A DNA stretch of 64,000 nucleotides from Octopus sinensis (lineage: Eukaryota). The position numbers were made by a program, and so were the translations under genes. Where the stretch lies: NCBI RefSeq assembly GCF_006345805.1, contig NC_043021.1, positions 8,494,001 to 8,558,000 of the forward strand, written 5' to 3'. This document shows positions 63,561 to 64,000 of the stretch, piece after piece (within the stretch, counting starts at the first letter, position 1; the number at the start of each line of letters is the position of its first letter). The notes beneath the pieces are model-generated. The model was not told the origin of the DNA and did no database searches. It saw nothing but the letters and a program-made list of their open reading frames with translations.

Positions 63561-64000
63561 ACTTGATACAAGTCCAAATATTGTTCGGAAAAGGTGTATA
63601 GTCGACGACCGAATCTATCCAGAATGTGATGGGCAATCTACCTTATCGATCCCAGAGTTAGGATTAAAGGCATTGTTGACCGGCCGGACTAGATCTCGGA
63701 GCTAAAGGGACGAATTGAAATGTTTGATCCGTTTTTTTCTACTGGCACCACCCTACGTAGGGTTTCGTCGTTTAATGTTAATTGAAAGAGATGACACTTT
63801 TTTTTTATTTGGAAAAGAATTATAAATTTTATATCATGCAATGATTTCATTGACGAGAAAAGGGAATAATTTAAATCTAACTGTCACGGGTTCAATCCAT
63901 TCAGACAGCTTCTCTACTGACTAAAACTATAGAAATAAATAATATGTAGAATGATTGTAAATGTTAAATGTTCAAAGTGGCTTTCAGCTGACCATTACAG

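Overview
Eukaryotic, repeat-saturated genomic DNA with a 100-N gap at 53800-53899. It is most likely a coleoid cephalopod (Octopus sp.), judged from the SINE/MITE/microsatellite families. One protein-coding gene is well supported: PNPLA2/ATGL (brummer-like patatin lipase) on the + strand. It has 7 coding exons at 3094-22411; the GXSXG exon lies upstream of the window. Intron phases match vertebrate PNPLA2 except for one missing intron, and the terminal exon is unusually long (312 aa). The rest is mostly dead or non-autonomous mobile DNA: three tRNA-headed SINE families, an RTE-tail repeat, CR1, RTE, Dong/R4 and L1/Tx1-like LINE fragments, Chapaev3-like, mariner, DD37D-like and piggyBac-like DNA elements, Helitrons, and very long microsatellites. 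The most interesting signal is a set of about 7 minimal type I hammerhead-ribozyme-like motifs at 5-6 loci. Several sit as divergent pairs inside palindromes, as expected for Penelope-like or retrozyme-type termini, and across copies the 3:8 core pair appears as C:G, G:C and U:A. Also notable are head-truncated SINE concatemers with recurrent junctions, a 103-bp array made from a MITE terminus, and a hairpin-core array with variable decamer spacers. I found no CRISPR, rRNA or genuine tRNA genes. All calls come from manual reading; no database search was run.
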